Positions 34,801-49,975 of a stretch of DNA of 64,000 nt are shown here, in pieces. Where the stretch lies: positions 12,399,375 through 12,463,374 of the forward strand of contig OZ316897.1 in the NCBI GenBank assembly GCA_973895155.1, in the 5' to 3' direction. The position numbers and the translations under genes were made by a program. The stretch comes from Marsupella aquatica (taxonomy: Eukaryota; Plantae; Marchantiophyta). The notes under the pieces are model-generated. The model did not search any database. It was given only the letters and a program-made list of their open reading frames with translations, and was not told the DNA's origin. Each line of letters opens with the position of its first letter. Positions within the stretch are counted from its first letter, which is position 1.

Positions 34801-37234
34801 GATTGGAATCCAGTCGTCTCTAGAAATTGGCAAATGGCAACACTACTCGAATTGTGTCCTTTCGTTCTGAAACCTCCTTCTCCATCATTAATTTCCCTGA
34901 ATTGTACCCACATCGGCGGTCGCTGAGACAGCCCGTGCACACTGATCTCCATGAAGCACACGTTCTACAGTCGGTAATATTAATAGTGTGGTGTCGACGT
35001 AGACGGCTAGTGCCTAGTTCTGCTCCTGGTGACCGGGTCGGTCGGCGAGAGGAACACGGTACAGTAAAGGTACCATTATTCTGTAGTAGGTTTGAACCAG
35101 CAGCCGATTGCAAATCACATTCTCGCGTGCCAATCCCATTCTGACTTGCAGATCCGGTAATAACGTTAAGATTTGATAGAATGTGTAGCATTGTAATGAG
35201 TATTTGAGTGTCATGGATTCGTGGCTAAGTTCGCTGAGCCATATGATGAGCGAACGCGTTGGGATTGATGCTTGACTGAACATGATGAGAGCTGCAAACA
35301 AAGCCATGAGATCATTTGCTGGTCGTGATGCATTCGTTCCTTGAACCACGCATTCGTCGAACAGATATGGTTTGTGACCATCTATCTTAGCACAGTGTTC
35401 TCATGATGTGCACAATTCCTCTTTCGCTGTTCCAATATTATAAAATCTTTGAAAGGGATCGCAGACTGTTGCTTGATTGGTGTCTAGTAAAACTCCCGCA
35501 CGCACAGCAGCCATTCTGTAAGTAGAATAATGCGTTAAAATTACGAAAGAGCCCTACTCGAGTCCCATCAAGACACTACCGAAAATGTGGGGAGGGATTG
35601 TTTGCTCCTACGCTCTCGGACCACAGGTGAATTGACGTCACCACAGAGAACTAATTTTGTGTAGTTTGGAATTTGGGAAAGCGTATGAATCGACGGCGTG
35701 GCGGTGGCCCTTGCTTCGAAACGATGACAGTGACGGTCAATTACTCTCGACACGTAATGTACATCGATCCCCGTAAAAGGGATTTGGCCTGGGAAATGTT
35801 GTGGAGGAACGTACTTTTAGCTTGTCGGCACTAATGAGCGATCACTCGTCACACTTTTGAGACTCAACGTCTCAACGAGATGCCGAGAAAAGAAAACTAA
35901 ACGCACGAGCCAGTAATGATAATGCGCACAAGAAACGCTCCTCAACTTTCGAGCATTTCCTTCCTGCCTCCATGCAACGACAAGCAAGCAAGCCAGGGGC
36001 CCAAAGAATTAAGTCACACATCAGATCGAGTCTGGTGGAACCTTTCAGCAAAGCCTAGATCTTATCGACAATCAAGCGAACACATGATTGAACTGTGGCA
36101 TCTTCCTGCATCACAATTCTTCTATACTAGAGAAACTGCCGCCCGCCATCCTTGCACACGACCTCCGTTCCCGAGGCTCTGTTCAGCACCTCAGCAGCTA
36201 CAGTAGCGAGGAAACATTCAAGCAAGCGGGGGCTTACTGGCTGGAAAGGCCCGATGCTTTAGCAGCGAGAGAAGCCGTCGAATTCTATTCCAGCACGTCT
36301 CATGAGAATGCCGTGCTTGTCGCCGCCAGCCTACGCAACAACAACCAAGGTAAGCTGCAAGCTCGGCCTACCTTCTAATTTAATTATATCCACAGTGAGT
36401 AGAGTGTGTCGAAAGGGAGATGGATCCGCCCACGGCACGACGGGAGTCCCCTCTAATCTGCCGCACGCTCGCCCTTCGCTTTCCCCCCCTCCTGCTGTGG
36501 AATTCTACTCTAGATCTCCGGACAGAACTTTAATTCACTTTTAGGTTGACCATCGAGGCGAATAATCGGACGAAGACTCAATCATTTCCCTCCAGCTTTT
36601 TATTCAGGCAGTTTTCATTCACGCCGACTGTTACCTTAGTGGTGATGAGGTTAGTGCAATAGATTATTATGTAAAAACCATTTGGGACCAGCTCAAAATT
36701 GTGACTTCCAAAACAAAACTGCCCCCAAAAATGGTGTTTGCTAGAACAGGCTATGACAGATGTTTCCGGATAGGTATAACAAAGTACCTGGAAAAAGTAA
36801 GCTGACATAACCTTTTGGTTTGGAGAACTAAAAACTGGCCACCATGAAGGTCTGAACGCGAGTTAAAATAGCTTTTCGATAAAAACTGGTCAACAAACTC
36901 ACAACTGGTCCCTCCAGCATGTTATTTACTACACATATTTTAATACTATTCTAAGCATTTGATGTCAACACTGATTCATCAGCATGCTTTATACCTACGT
37001 GCAATTGGGTGATACCAGACAAGGAGGGCTGCCAGTGTTCATATTTTTGGATGGCGGGCTGCCAATGTTCATTTGTTTTTTGGATGGGCTGCCAATGCCA
37101 CTTTGACAGTGGACCCCCCTATTTCCGGGACTGGTGGGAATACTCATAGCAATTGGTCTCACTAATAGAAGCTAAAAATCACAGCTTCCCGTTAGGTGGC
37201 AATTGTGTACCGATAGCCCCCATGCGTTGCAAAT

Positions 37235-37543
37235 GCGTGGGGGAGTAATAAAGGAGCCAGGGCACTTGGGACGTTCTTATACCTGGGACAACATTTTTCT
37301 ACGTAATTTCTTGAATACATTAGATCCACTGCATGGAGCGTGGGGGGCAGGAGTCAAAGGAGCAAGGACACTTGTGACATTCTTATACTTGGAAGGATAT
37401 TCGTATACATGATTTCTTTAATATATTAGGTACACGGAATGGAGCGTGGGGGGAGGAATCAACGAGCCAGGGCACTTCGGTCATTCTTACACTTGGGACG
37501 ATATTCTTATGCACGATTTCTTTAACCTATTAGATCCACAATG
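37235..37543. repeat. Tandem repeat, ~103-106-bp unit, 3 copies
   Basis: GCGTGGGGG...GAGCCAGGGCACTT...TTCTTATAC.TGG...ATTTCTT...ATTAGATCCAC occurs three times. A smaller 3-copy GGGCTGCCA.TG repeat lies at ~37026-37098. Confidence 0.85.
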
Positions 37544-40500
37544 AACATGGAAAGTTTTGTAGGTCGTGTCAAACAGCACCGACCAGATAAATTATGCTTG
37601 AATGATCGTATAGCATCATTTACGTAAGCAATTCTATGTATAACTACTTCTGGAAGACACTGTCGCTCTTACGATAAAACAGACTGTGGGACTTGCACGA
37701 TTTCTCCCATTTTCATCACTTTGAAAAGCCAAAATTTTATTCAGTATATTGATTGAAATAGCAAAATCAGTACGTCTGATTGTTCTGGACCTCGAATCTA
37801 CATCCATATGTAGACGTCCAGAGGTGGATAGGTACGCGAATGGCTGAGAATTGAAGGTCTCTCTGCGGGCCAGGCCATGTTCGGGGCCCATGAGTAGTAC
37901 TAGATCGACTCCTTCTAGTGGCATCATGGGCACCTTTCCAATTTCAATGCCATGAAGCCTTCGGACCTGAAGGTTTCTGTTGTGCATCATGCAATGCAAC
38001 GCAATGAAATCACAGCTTAATTGGCCAGGGCAATGCCACGTATCCAATTCACCAATCAAGTGCATAGGTTCATGGCGTACGTGGTCACATCTATCATTCG
38101 AGCTCGCCCAAACACTCTACTTTTTAAGTAAGCAAAGTAAGCACATGACAAGCAGAAAGTATCATTCGTCGAAACATCATGTTGATCGACGTGGTGAGGC
38201 ACCAACTGGTAAACCCCACAGTGATGAAAGTTAGACAGTCAATTGCTTTCACGTAACTCCCTCTCGCAGCGGTTGGAACTTCTTGAGCTGGCCTGCTCGA
38301 TCAGACGTCTACCCGATTTCATCATGGGCAGCTATCCCGGCAGCTACTAAACAAGCAAGAATTGCGAATAGGCATTTGCTCGACCTATGCACTGTAGATC
38401 ATGCTGTTCAAAGCATATGGGAAAGTTTCTTCTTGAAGCATGCATGCCATACATACACACCTACAGTAGTACTTACTGATGATGAAGACAAATAGCAGAT
38501 CACCTGTATCAAATTAATGGTACTTGTTGCTCAAAGTTGTGCTCACATTCTAAACAACCGCGATTATATGTGCAATTTTGGTTTCTTAATTGAAAGGAGA
38601 GGCAGCTAATATCTGAAGAGTTAAAATTGAACCATTTGATTGGATGAAGTAACGTGCAACGCCGAACTATATCCTCTAATTTGGCGAAATGTGGGAAAGT
38701 TCGAGAGTTTTTAGATGATCAGGGCCACGTTGCATAGTCTCCAATGCTACACTCAGTCTAAGGTAACGGTGAATATTGTTTAGGGTGGAATGAAGTAATA
38801 GGAAGGGTCACGAAACACAGTACTCGCGTCTTTGCAGCAAAGGCGCAAGATTCCAGATGCCGAAGATGGGTTGTCATGAAACAGCGTGTGGCATCGATCT
38901 CCGGCATCTTCAATCTAGCATGGATCTTCTCTTAACAAGTCTAGCATTTTAAGGTCACAACAATTGATTGCTTTGTGGGTACATAATTGGAAACAAGGAA
39001 AGGATAAATATCGTTTAACAGGAAAATGGTTCGACACGTCCAATTTGCGGTTCTAAGTGTTCATTTGGACTGTCATTATAGAAAGACTCGAGACTAGTTA
39101 GTGTGGTAATTGATGAAATGCAGGATTACCAAAGGAAAGATTCTTAAATCTTGCAACATAATCTCCTCCATTACATGCATGTAGTCCGCGGTCGTACTTG
39201 GGTTGCGAAAGAAATTGTTCCGAAAGGAGTTACTGTGACCCACCGCTAACCATAAAGCTTGTGAATGCCAGCCAGGTACCCTAGACAGACGAAGACAGGT
39301 TCAGTAGATCTGGGCACGCGTATACATGCAATCAAGAGTCACGAGCTACGGTGAAACCCCAGAATATGCCAATGTGGTTCGTTTTCTCAGCATTTCTCAT
39401 TCTCTCCGTGTCGGTTGTTAGGAACGCTCAACTGTTGCAAAAAGTTGGGGAATCATACTTTTGGATCAGTTCAAGATGTGAGAAAAGTGATGGGTGTATG
39501 GGAGAGTCCGTCTGGAGAATCATGGTCCGCCGGGTCAGTCCACCGTAGTTTTGACTCTCGCTGCCATCTAATACCTATGAACATCATCCGTGAAACTCCC
39601 GAAAGTCAGACCAATATGAAGGTGTAACAAAAGAATTTCCCCAAATTCTATTCTAAGTAGAGTGTAGGTACTAATTAAAAATTGGGCATTCAATCATTTG
39701 CTCTGAGCTCGAAAAACATTTGCACAAATATCCGATTATGTTTTGTATATCGTTCTGATCACGGGTGAACTCAACAACTGCTGATGCAGACTCCTCTTAC
39801 GTGTGGATCCGTCTCTCTTCCTCAAAGCTGTCTTCACCCCTTGCATGGCAGAATGATGTGGCTGGCCAAATGATCTATGTAGAACTTGCGGATGATAATT
39901 GTTCTTGTTCAAAGTACAGACGCAGACAGCAACGTCATTTTATCTCATTGTTGTTGAAAACCTGTTCCGTTGAAAGCTGGTCTTCCGGAAGTTTCACTGT
40001 TCTTTGCCTTTTCCTAAGTTTGGACTCGTCCGTATTCGTTCTTCTTCCTCCTCCTGTACTTTCTTTCCGGATCGATGCATCTAAGTGACCATCTGCATGC
40101 GTCGGCATGCGTCACTGAAGAGCCTTCTGCTAGTCACGAGCATACAGACAAAGCTTCTTTTTGTAGATGAGCATCTCTTGATGTTGGTTAGGACTTTGTG
40201 GAATTCAACGTGTCCGCAGGCCACTGCCTGACTCGAGACTCTTTTTTGAAAGTTTGCACTTTCTGCAATAATTGTACCGCCTACGAAATTATCTTTGCCG
40301 CGCAGCTGATTTACAATTGGTGCTCTCGAAGCTACCAAGTGATGGTGGGTCTACGCTTGCATGCACGCTTAGCTAGCGCACGCTCGATATCCTCCGTCAG
40401 AGTTTCCGTGCTTTCGATAGATAAGGCATTTGGTGTTGGACTTGTTGGACTTGTGTCCATCTACTGGGCTTTCGGGTAATTTGCTCTCTAGCTGAACTTT

Positions 40501-43500
40501 GGAACGGTCGTCCTCCAGGATATTTTGTGATTGAATCGTCCGGGCTGTGTCGCTTTGTAATTGGGTCCATGGAATTGGGTGGTGATCACACAAGTACTCT
40601 ATCCCAACCCGAATATTGGTGAAACTACCATTGTCTAGCTCTCCTTCAAGCTGACGACGCCTCACGTACACAGTTCTTGTCTCCGACAGACCATACCTCC
40701 AGCTTGCAGACCTTCTATGTTCGTTGTAGATAAGCTACTCAAAAACTTTTCCACAACTTTCCCGGGTTCAGTAATAACTTGACCGTCATGCTGCATGCTC
40801 TTGTCGCATGAATTCAGGTGGTAGGAGCTCTTTGGCTTATCAAAACTTTTGGTCTAGGTTGGACAGCGTAATTTCTTCATGCCATGTGGCTGTTCAAAAC
40901 AGTGCGGCTCTGTCCGGAGAGGGTGTAATTTGTTTTGACCCCCACGAACCACTTTGGTTTCGAAAAGCCAGCGTTCCTGGCTGGCCCACGTTTGGTCGTG
41001 TTCTAGCAGCCCTGTCGAGTATTGAGAAAATCTCACGTTAATGAGCATTCTAACCCAATTCAGGCCCAATTCTGAAGCATTCAATATGCTTAACACGGAA
41101 ACGGTGTTTAAATGCCATCAATGGACATAATTATCCATACAACTCGCCAAGCACAAAATCTTTCATCTCTTTGTTATATTTTCATTGGCCACTTTTGTGT
41201 GTATAATGTCTGTAGATTTGTGAGAACTTATCTACAAATCCTTACGAAGACAGGTTCTTAAACTTATTTTGCAATGAGAAGATGGCCCAATTACTGCGTA
41301 ACGATTGGATATCTAGAGTCGGAGCCTAAATAGAGCAACGTCAATATGAGCAAAGCTGCAAGACACCCCACAGTCATATATATCATGTGATTGCCAACGA
41401 AAACCCAAATGACCAGGTAGTCGGAGAAATCGGCTACACCGGTCAACAGATCGAAGGTGAATCTGTAAAATGGAGTTAGCCTCCATTTGTCAGTTAGTGG
41501 CTGATGAGCATTGCATTTCACCTCCACTTCTAGAGGACTTCTTTTGGAATTCTTGAATTTCTCGAATCTGAACTGCAGTTTTAATCGAATCGGCAAGAAC
41601 CTCACGACTGGATTTTGCAGAGGCTGTACAGTCCCCCAAGTTGAATAGAGTCCTTTCGAGTGGAAAGTTACTGCAAATCCGGTGATTTGCATTCATCTTA
41701 GCAGCCACCTCAAATCACGAATAAAGGTACAGTCCGATGTTTCGACAGCCAAAGTGGAAATCAACCTGACACACACAAGGCTTTTCAATAACATTGAGAA
41801 TCGGACCATATTTTGCAAGCAGGGTGCCGATATCGCAGTCTTAATGAAAATGATTGCCAACTGTTACAGGTTTTTTCTCACAGTTGGAATTCAGCCATAA
41901 GTTTTAAATTTCACCTTTAAAGAGCGCAGATTTTGAACTACCTGATATCATGAATCCAGAAGCTATTGATAGCAGAGTTTTTAAATTTTTCGAATTGCCC
42001 TTTCACGATGATCGTAAGTCGTTAACAGTAGAAATCAGTTGTGCTGTAGAGACCGGTTCACCGATTTGCTTGGTGCAAGTCTATAAAAAGCTCGGCCTGT
42101 TTTACACATGAGATCAGATTTGCGCTTTTGTGCTCTTTCATATAAATTTGGGTGATAAATTGGGAGCAACAGTTGCTTTGTACTCGTTTAATTTCCCTTT
42201 ACCAATTTGTCTATGTATCCGGTTCATCTACATTAGCATTCAAAATCACATCGGTTTCCAAAACAGATGTCAGCTATCACGGATTTTCATATTCGACTTA
42301 ATTGGACCGCTTTTCTCAGACGATAAAAGGAATTCCAAGTGCTTCTTCGCTCTTAGCTCAAAACTTTCAACAAGTTTTATGAGCTTTCAAGAAGCAACGA
42401 GCAATATATCCCTCTGTGAAAGGTAAAAGTCAGGAATTGTGTGGCAAAAGGCGATCTTGATGAGTACCGCTAGATTGTTAACTGCTGTAATTTTCTTAGC
42501 TTACAAAAGTTTTGCCGATCTGACGAAGAAGAAAAGGTGCATGTGAGACTTCTGTAATCATCATCGATTGAATGTGATTTAGGAAAGCAAGAATGTCTCC
42601 GCTCAGGACCAGAAGTTGCAGGACAAATCAGTAAAAGTGGGTCACAGAGTAGTGTACCCAATTGGAATTGATGATTCCTTTCCAAGTTTTAAGGTGACCA
42701 AGCACAGTAAACTCTGCTTGTCTCAAACTGGATGTACGTGCACAGCGATTGTATTTGGCGTTCCCTTAGCTTCCACGAACAGATTCTCATATTCTTAAGA
42801 TCGAATCTGTTTCCAGGACTCGAGGTATGAAAAAAAGAAAGGAAGGCAGGGGACGAGGAATGTGGTCGCCTGGGGGGAAGCTTGATCATTTTTACTTTAT
42901 GGTCAAATGAACCTCAGCTCCCCCTTAATGAATTACTTTCCTCCACACTAGAACTTATGAATTGCTTTCCTCCACACTAGAACTAAAACGTGTTCGAAAT
43001 CCAACAACAAACTTAGTACAAAGTCGAAAATGTATATTGCGCGTCCCAAATCAGGTTACAGTAGCCAAATAAACACGAAATGTGAGAGCATTCCAGCGAA
43101 GGGTTAAACGTTTAGTTTTCGTTTCTAGTACGTTAAGTAAAATGAGAGGAGAATATTCATAATAAGTCGATCTAAATCTAAAAAGAATTCGGATAGATAA
43201 ATCATAAGGCCCCGATTCCAAAAGAATCGTGGGTTATAATGCCCCCAAAAACTGAGGGACTTAGTCGAAGCCGTAAGGGAATGTTATTGCCAGTGATGCC
43301 GCATTGACAAGGAGTTAATACTCTTTAATTCCTAACAAACAAATTTCACGCAAATTGAAATTTTAGCTTTTTACCATGACACATATAATACGCTTTAGTC
43401 CCTAAAATATTTTTCGCTCTAACTCTCTGTATTTCCTTTTCCTTTCTTGGCACTTGCAAACAAACAAAGATTATCCAAATTAAGATTTAAGTTGTTGACC

Positions 43501-44427
43501 AAGAGCCAATAGAGAACAAACGTCAAAATGCCCTTGCAGAGACTCTGACGGGCATTCTCTTCCATCAAATACAGAAAAGTACCAAGTGAAGGGATTTGAG
43601 TTCCACTGACAGCATCGATCCACAATCGAACAGACAGAAATAAATAAGTTGAAGGAAACCACTGTGAACAGATTCCAATTGCTTAAGCTGCTATATTAGC
43701 AAATTAGGACTGGTGGAATTTTTGAGCCACCAGATCATCAACATAACATTTAGAGCCGTTGGTTTGTTAAACTGTCCAGGTAGATATACGTACAAACGAC
43801 CAGCCAGCAGCTCAGAACTTAAGGCTGAGCATGATCGTTAACATTGAACCTACACTTAGGAAAGTTCACCAGAATCGGAATCTTTCCTCGGATACAGGCA
43901 TTTCCGTGAACTACTCGGAAATTTCGTTGGATTTAGTTCTTAAATATGACATTTTTAATCAAAACCCAACGTCACGAGCAGAACGGCACGAGCACAACTA
44001 CTGTAGATTTCGGTACAAACTATGAAGCTGATTACAGAGATGTAATGAGATATCTCGGTGCAGTTCTCATCCACAGCTGCGTGGGATGAGAGAAGAATTT
44101 CGAGGAAGAATTGATGATGGTCTCCTAGAAGCCATACAGGTGCCGACCTTCCAGTATGATCAAAGAATGCATCCAAATTAACAGACCTCCGGTTCTGAAA
44201 CCTGGTGGGCTGACGCAGGTCATCATTCCAGTGACCAATTCGGATACTGGGACTGTGCCAAAATGATAGTCAACCATCCCTGGATACTAGCCAACTCAGA
44301 TCGGAGCACTCAGGTCGTATTCACCAACGACGTGACCGATCGTCTGGCAATCCAATGGATGGGACATGAATGTAAAGAAAATCGTCAAATGACAACTACA
44401 ATAATGACAAGGAACTTCTTGTGCTTG

Positions 44428-47400
44428 TCACCCAAATCCATGCACAACAGCCCGCTGATAGCCATGCCTTGATAGTCTGGGCAGAAAGATTGTGGCGACG
44501 ATGCCTGCAATCAAGGCAAACAGAGAAGCTAGCACAAACGCAGGCTGATTACCACCACCAAAAAGGGCATCCCACGGGCCTGCTCCCAGAGCAACAACCA
44601 TCTGAATGCAGACACAACGCGAGTTAGGATATGACAAATATGTCTGCATGACAACGAAGTAACGAAGCTTACTTAAATCGATCTTTTTTCTGCAACAGAC
44701 TTTGAGACTGGTTAGTGATATCAGTGAGTAACGCAAAAGGTATACCTGAGGGGTCACCACAGCAAGGTTCAGTATCCCCATTGCCAAACCTGCATGCCCC
44801 ATATGGTAAGTTCGATAAACATATCTTCAAGATACTTGCGGCAGTTGCCTATAAGACAGAGGTAGCATGCTCTTACAGTTCAGATAAGAGCAAGCATTTG
44901 TTTTTTGTATTTTTGAACTACAGTCTTGGTCAACGAAGGAGTGACTTGTAGAAACAGACGTGAATCTCACCTTGGCCTCCACCGGAATCAGCAATTAGTT
45001 CAGCTGTTAAAGAATATGGTACACTATAGGTGATCTGTGGACGAACACACGTCATGTCAACTCAAATTCCTCTAAATATGTCATGCCTAGCAAACTTCTG
45101 CAAAGGAAATAACATCACTTACACTTAACTTTTGGTACACTCATCATACCGTGACCGAACGAAGTCATGACTTTCTACACATTCGGGCTTTATTTTCGAC
45201 CCCAAACAAGTACCCAGGTTTTCACCGTTAGGCATAGAAACCAATTGAAACTAGGGCTGCATTGAATGGACTTACAGCCAGAGGAAAACCAAGAACTGTG
45301 AAAAGAATAAGTGCCCCAACTTTCACCAAGCTGGAATGCTCATATACAGACTGATCTCCCACTCGGTGAGATTCCCCAGCCAGTACAGTCACTATGGCCG
45401 TACAACCCATGCAGACAAATACAATATAGTTGCCCAAAGCCCAAACATGCTTTGAGCCCAAGCGACTGCACAAGGGATCAATTAGGAGAGAGCTGATTGC
45501 AAGTACTACCTGCACATAGAGCACGTCAAGAAGTCAGGCTCCTGCCTTCAATGCAGTCACCGTTGACAACAATGTGATTTTGAAGGTGGGAGTGCCTTGG
45601 AAACAAAAACATACATCTAAACTGCAGATATTAAACGTTATCAACACACTTTCTACACATAACCACACAGCAGTGGCCCAAAGTCGGTTGGTTAACCCAC
45701 TGAGTTCAGGAGCAAGCCAAACGCTCCAACTCGAACCCCTCGGTCATATAAATCAATCGCAGACTGGTCTCCTTTGGGGTCACCTCGAAACACTTCACGG
45801 CCCATCCAATCTGTGTCGAAAAGAAAAAATGGAAACCATGACAGCTGCACAGTTCATCGCAACAAGAAACAACCGTTGGAAACAGTGGAACACTGTGTTG
45901 CATCTCCCATGGTATATATCAGCAAACATCCTCTATCATCTTGTCAGCAAATTGTTCTTAATGAGGAACTACTGCCACCTATCGTGTATATCTAGGGAAT
46001 AAAGCCCACGCCAAATGGAAGGATTGCAAGTTCTCGGTCCGTACTTACCCAGCAAAAAGCCATGACCACGAGAACAATTTTCATAGAAGGTGGGAGTTTT
46101 CTGACACCAGTCAAAAGATTCACCATTACGGTCCCAGGTCCCATCCCAGTGTCTTCCTGTTTCTTGTCCCCACGAATCGAATGATAACCGTTCTCTCCAT
46201 TGCCATGATGAAGGTCACCGTCCGCTCCATTCATTGTAGGCTTGCCATTGGCCTGCTGTGACTCAACCGGTTCCATTATAGGTCCTTCGGAAGCACCAAA
46301 TTCCTGCTCATCTAGCAAACGGGTTGTGTGCTGGACAAGTTCCTTTTGTTTTTCTGATTCGTCAGGAATCTCTGTTGAGACCATCCACGGAGTCTCCTTT
46401 GCATAGACTACTGTAACAACTGTGCAAAATATCAAAAAGATCTGCACAAAAGAGGAAAATCTTCAGACTCAGATTCGGTGGTGCGGTAAACTTTGCGAAA
46501 CAATTTAGAGATATGCTAAAGGAAATTAAACTTCGGGTATATAGATGAGGGCTAGTACGAGACCAAAAGTACAAAGAAAATTTTCATAAGTACATATACT
46601 GACCTATGTTAAACTACATGCACAATGGGTACAATGGGAACACCATATTCGTGCATAGGTGATGAACATCATAACATCGTAATGCAAACTGCTAAAACGT
46701 ATTGTTAAAAGATTACAAAAAAATAAGTCAGTATCTAGGTCTAGTTTAGAACTTCATCCAAGATATCCCAACTTACCACAGATACTAGGAAAGCAGCTTT
46801 AAGATTTGCACAAGCCTCACAGCATGCTTTGCTTCCGAGAAAGGGAAACCATCTGTTAAAGTGCAAGTAAGGCCTATTAGAAAATTCTTCAAAGAAACTC
46901 CAACATAAATCCAAACAGAAAAGACATTTACTCAAGATACTTACTTGTACCATAGACCACTTGCTCCAGTTGAGAAACCCAGAATATTCCCGACAGCCAT
47001 CCACAAACAGAAAATTGCATTTGCTGAATCACGCTGAGTAGGTCCTGTGTTGTAACAAGGCAATTTTGAGACAACATAGGTATGTAGCATGGAGAGGGAG
47101 TCAGAAAGGACTGTATTTCGAAACGACTAGTTTGCAAACACATATTCTTATGATTTTCGTATATGTACTTCAGTGCGGATTCATACCTGCTAGGTCAGCC
47201 AAGAGAGCTCGAGCAGGGCCCTGCAATTATAAACATCCATGAGCTAACTTCCGGAAGTAAACAAGAAAATATCACGTTGAGCTGGTCAGCTTCTACATCA
47301 CTATGGAAGAGAGCTTGGAGATGAAAGGATGAGAATTATAGCAAAGTTTACAAACTGACCTGCACGGTATTGTTGGCCAAGTCTAGCAACCAGAACCCAA

Positions 47401-49975
47401 GAACAAATACACCTGCTGCCCTGGGCCGAATGCCTTTGTAGGTTCTGGAGGGGACAGTAATGGGCACATTTATAAACAGACCACTCCTTTAAACTTCGTC
47501 ACCCTTAACAGGCCTTGTTAAGGCCATGAATAGACCACAAACAGAGTTGTTTATAAGAGAGCTACTCAAGGTAAAGCACTCACTTGCAGTCTTCATGAGA
47601 GTCTCCAAGGATGTACCCAACATCTGCGGAAAATCCTATTACTGTTACCTGACAGACAAGCAAAAGCCAGACCAACACATCTCAGTTTCTTCACTCTGAT
47701 GTATATATCAAGCAGGCTCTCATTAAGCACGCAACATTGAATCATTCACCAAACTGCCAGTGTCAGTCTCGTTCATCCAGACTCTACAAATGTAATCAGC
47801 GAATAGTAAAATTCTGCGTACCTACTAAACAGTTCAAGGCCGACGCACAGTTGACAGCCTATTCAAGAATTACAAAATCAGGCTGACTCACTGACACTAA
47901 AAATGGAACCACCAACAGCCACCGGTTAACCTGCATTGCAGGAACGACACTGGGGGGGAAACTTCGCACTCACTGATGCTGCAACCATAAGAGCTCCAGA
48001 TAGAATAAACGGACGCCTACGTCCCCACTTTGATTTGCATCGGTCACTCCAAATACCGATACAAGGTTGGACCTGAACAATGGCAATTAATGAACATCCG
48101 AACAAATTACATATTCAAGAGACCCGTTTACTAAATAGCTTTCGAGTCTCATTTGAGACCGAATGAGTACTCAAAGCTGTAACATGGCTTGCGAAGAGTA
48201 ACGTGATTCGGCCTACCGACAAATAGAGGAGACTATAACCTGTCCAGTTTCCGAAATCAATAGTAAACGCCAAGAGAGAGAACAAACTCCATTTCATTCT
48301 ACTTCGTACTCACCTGCACTGGGCCCTAATGGATATTGGTTTCAGACAATTTTGACACAGAATGGCAGAATTTATGTCAACCTCCTAGCCCAAATCATCT
48401 ATCCTTGATCATAAGGCTGCAAGTGAGATCATTGACATGCAAATGAAATAGGATTGCTGAACTCGGTTAGAAGTTAAGCCCAAAAGGTGAGGGGACAATT
48501 CTTACCACAAGCCCAGTGATTGGACCACAAAGCCAGATGAATGAAGAGAACTCATGTTCGATACCAAGTGTCTGCCCACCATAAAAGGAACGAAAATGAG
48601 GGAATTGCGGCCAATTTAGATAACTCCAAACAGTTGACAAACCCAAACGCTTCATATGGTTATCACATTATAGAACCTCAGGCATAAGCTCACCTCACCT
48701 TCTGAACTACATAACAGGCAGGAAGCGTTCATATATGCAGCCCTCTTGCGATCTCAGCCTCCAGACACTGTCCAAAGCCGGCCCAGAACACACGGCAAGC
48801 TGAGAAGAACTCCTGTGGCCCCCAAGGGACGACTAACCAGGAAAGCTGGAATTCTGCTTACTTTACTTAGATTGTCAACATTCTACATGGAAGTGCAAAC
48901 CAGTCTCTAGGTCTGATGTTCTAATCTGCTGAGCAGTATAACTGTATACAGTTTCTCTGTTTCCGGTCTCTGTTTTCGGACAAAAGATGTCTCTATAACA
49001 GCAGAAAGCAGTTGTTCCTACAGCAGGACGTACAAATCTTGGAGGAGCACTTGAACTGTATAAAGTGTGTCTCTGTTTCCGGACAAAACCTGTCTCTATA
49101 ACAGCAGAAAACAATTGTTCCTATGACAGGAAGTGCAAATATTCTCTCCTCTAATATCTCGACACTGAAATGCGGGCTTGCAAATTTGAAAACCGAAGGC
49201 TCTATGGTTATACCTTTCTACATCAGTAGTTCGGAAGTGCAAAGAAAGGTAATCTCTGTGCTGGACGTTCTCTGAAGTGAATTCTCGGAACGGAGAGCAG
49301 AGAAATCAATGGGCTCAATGGTGTCAGATTTAATTTATCAGATCAAGTGGGTCATTCTAAGCTCAACATATTTTATTTTGGGCGTCTCTCCTAACTGAAT
49401 TCCCGTCATTCAAGCGATTGAAACTGGGTAGAACCTATTCTTAATCAACACAAGTACAGAGGTACCCCTAAGTTGACATGGAGTGAGCAATAACAATGCA
49501 GCACGAAGAAAGATGGAGAAGCAAAATGAGAGAACTGGGTGGCATCAATGCCTGGAATCTGTCTAGCCTCACATCAACACTCGAACACATGTTCATTCAA
49601 GCGAAGATGATGAAAATGCCCTACCTGAATGTAGGGTGTGAGAAGCGACAATTGCAGAGCCCATCCGAACTGGATGCCTGCTGCCACCATCGAAGCTAAT
49701 ATCAACGTTTTTAGAGGCAACTTCTTGGACGACGAGTCCTCGGGCCCATTCCTGAATGATTCCCCGCCCGACAGCTCATCATCGTCGGATTCCAGGGTTG
49801 TATCTCGTCGCCTTTTCCTTGCGGACCACTGCGAACTATCCTCTTCTTCTCCCTCTTCTACGATTTCCACAGCAGTGGTTGTAATGGACGCGAGCTCAAT
49901 CTGGCCCGTCTCCGCACTGCGTGCAGCTGCTACTCCTCCTCCTCCGCCTGAACCTCCTCCCCGATCCAACTCCAT
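44428..49975 (-). CDS. SUT2: Type II sucrose/H+ symporter (SUT2/SUC3-like), 14 exons, 642 aa
   Basis: GT-AG exons (minus strand) 49975-49625, 48571-48506, 48072-47974, 47648-47584, 47444-47360, 47220-47187, 47044-46945, 46852-46777, 46441-46049, 45844-45701, 45509-45276, 45034-44971, 44789-44746, 44601-44428 sum to 1929 nt in frame. Motifs: [110 protein letters not shown], terminal HGFG*. The long N-terminus, long central loop and 14 exons fit the SUT2 clade. Confidence 0.95.

Noticed and set aside
47892-47930. In-frame 39-nt cassette-exon-like segment (AG|[13 protein letters not shown]|GTGAGT) in SUT2 intron 3
   Set aside because: The upstream intron would be only 43 nt and the canonical protein is complete without it; transcript evidence would be needed.
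48945-49125. Short local duplications (SUT2 intron 1; also ~29500-29625, ~42928-42984, ~53020-53067)
   Set aside because: Ordinary slippage-type duplications with no further structure.
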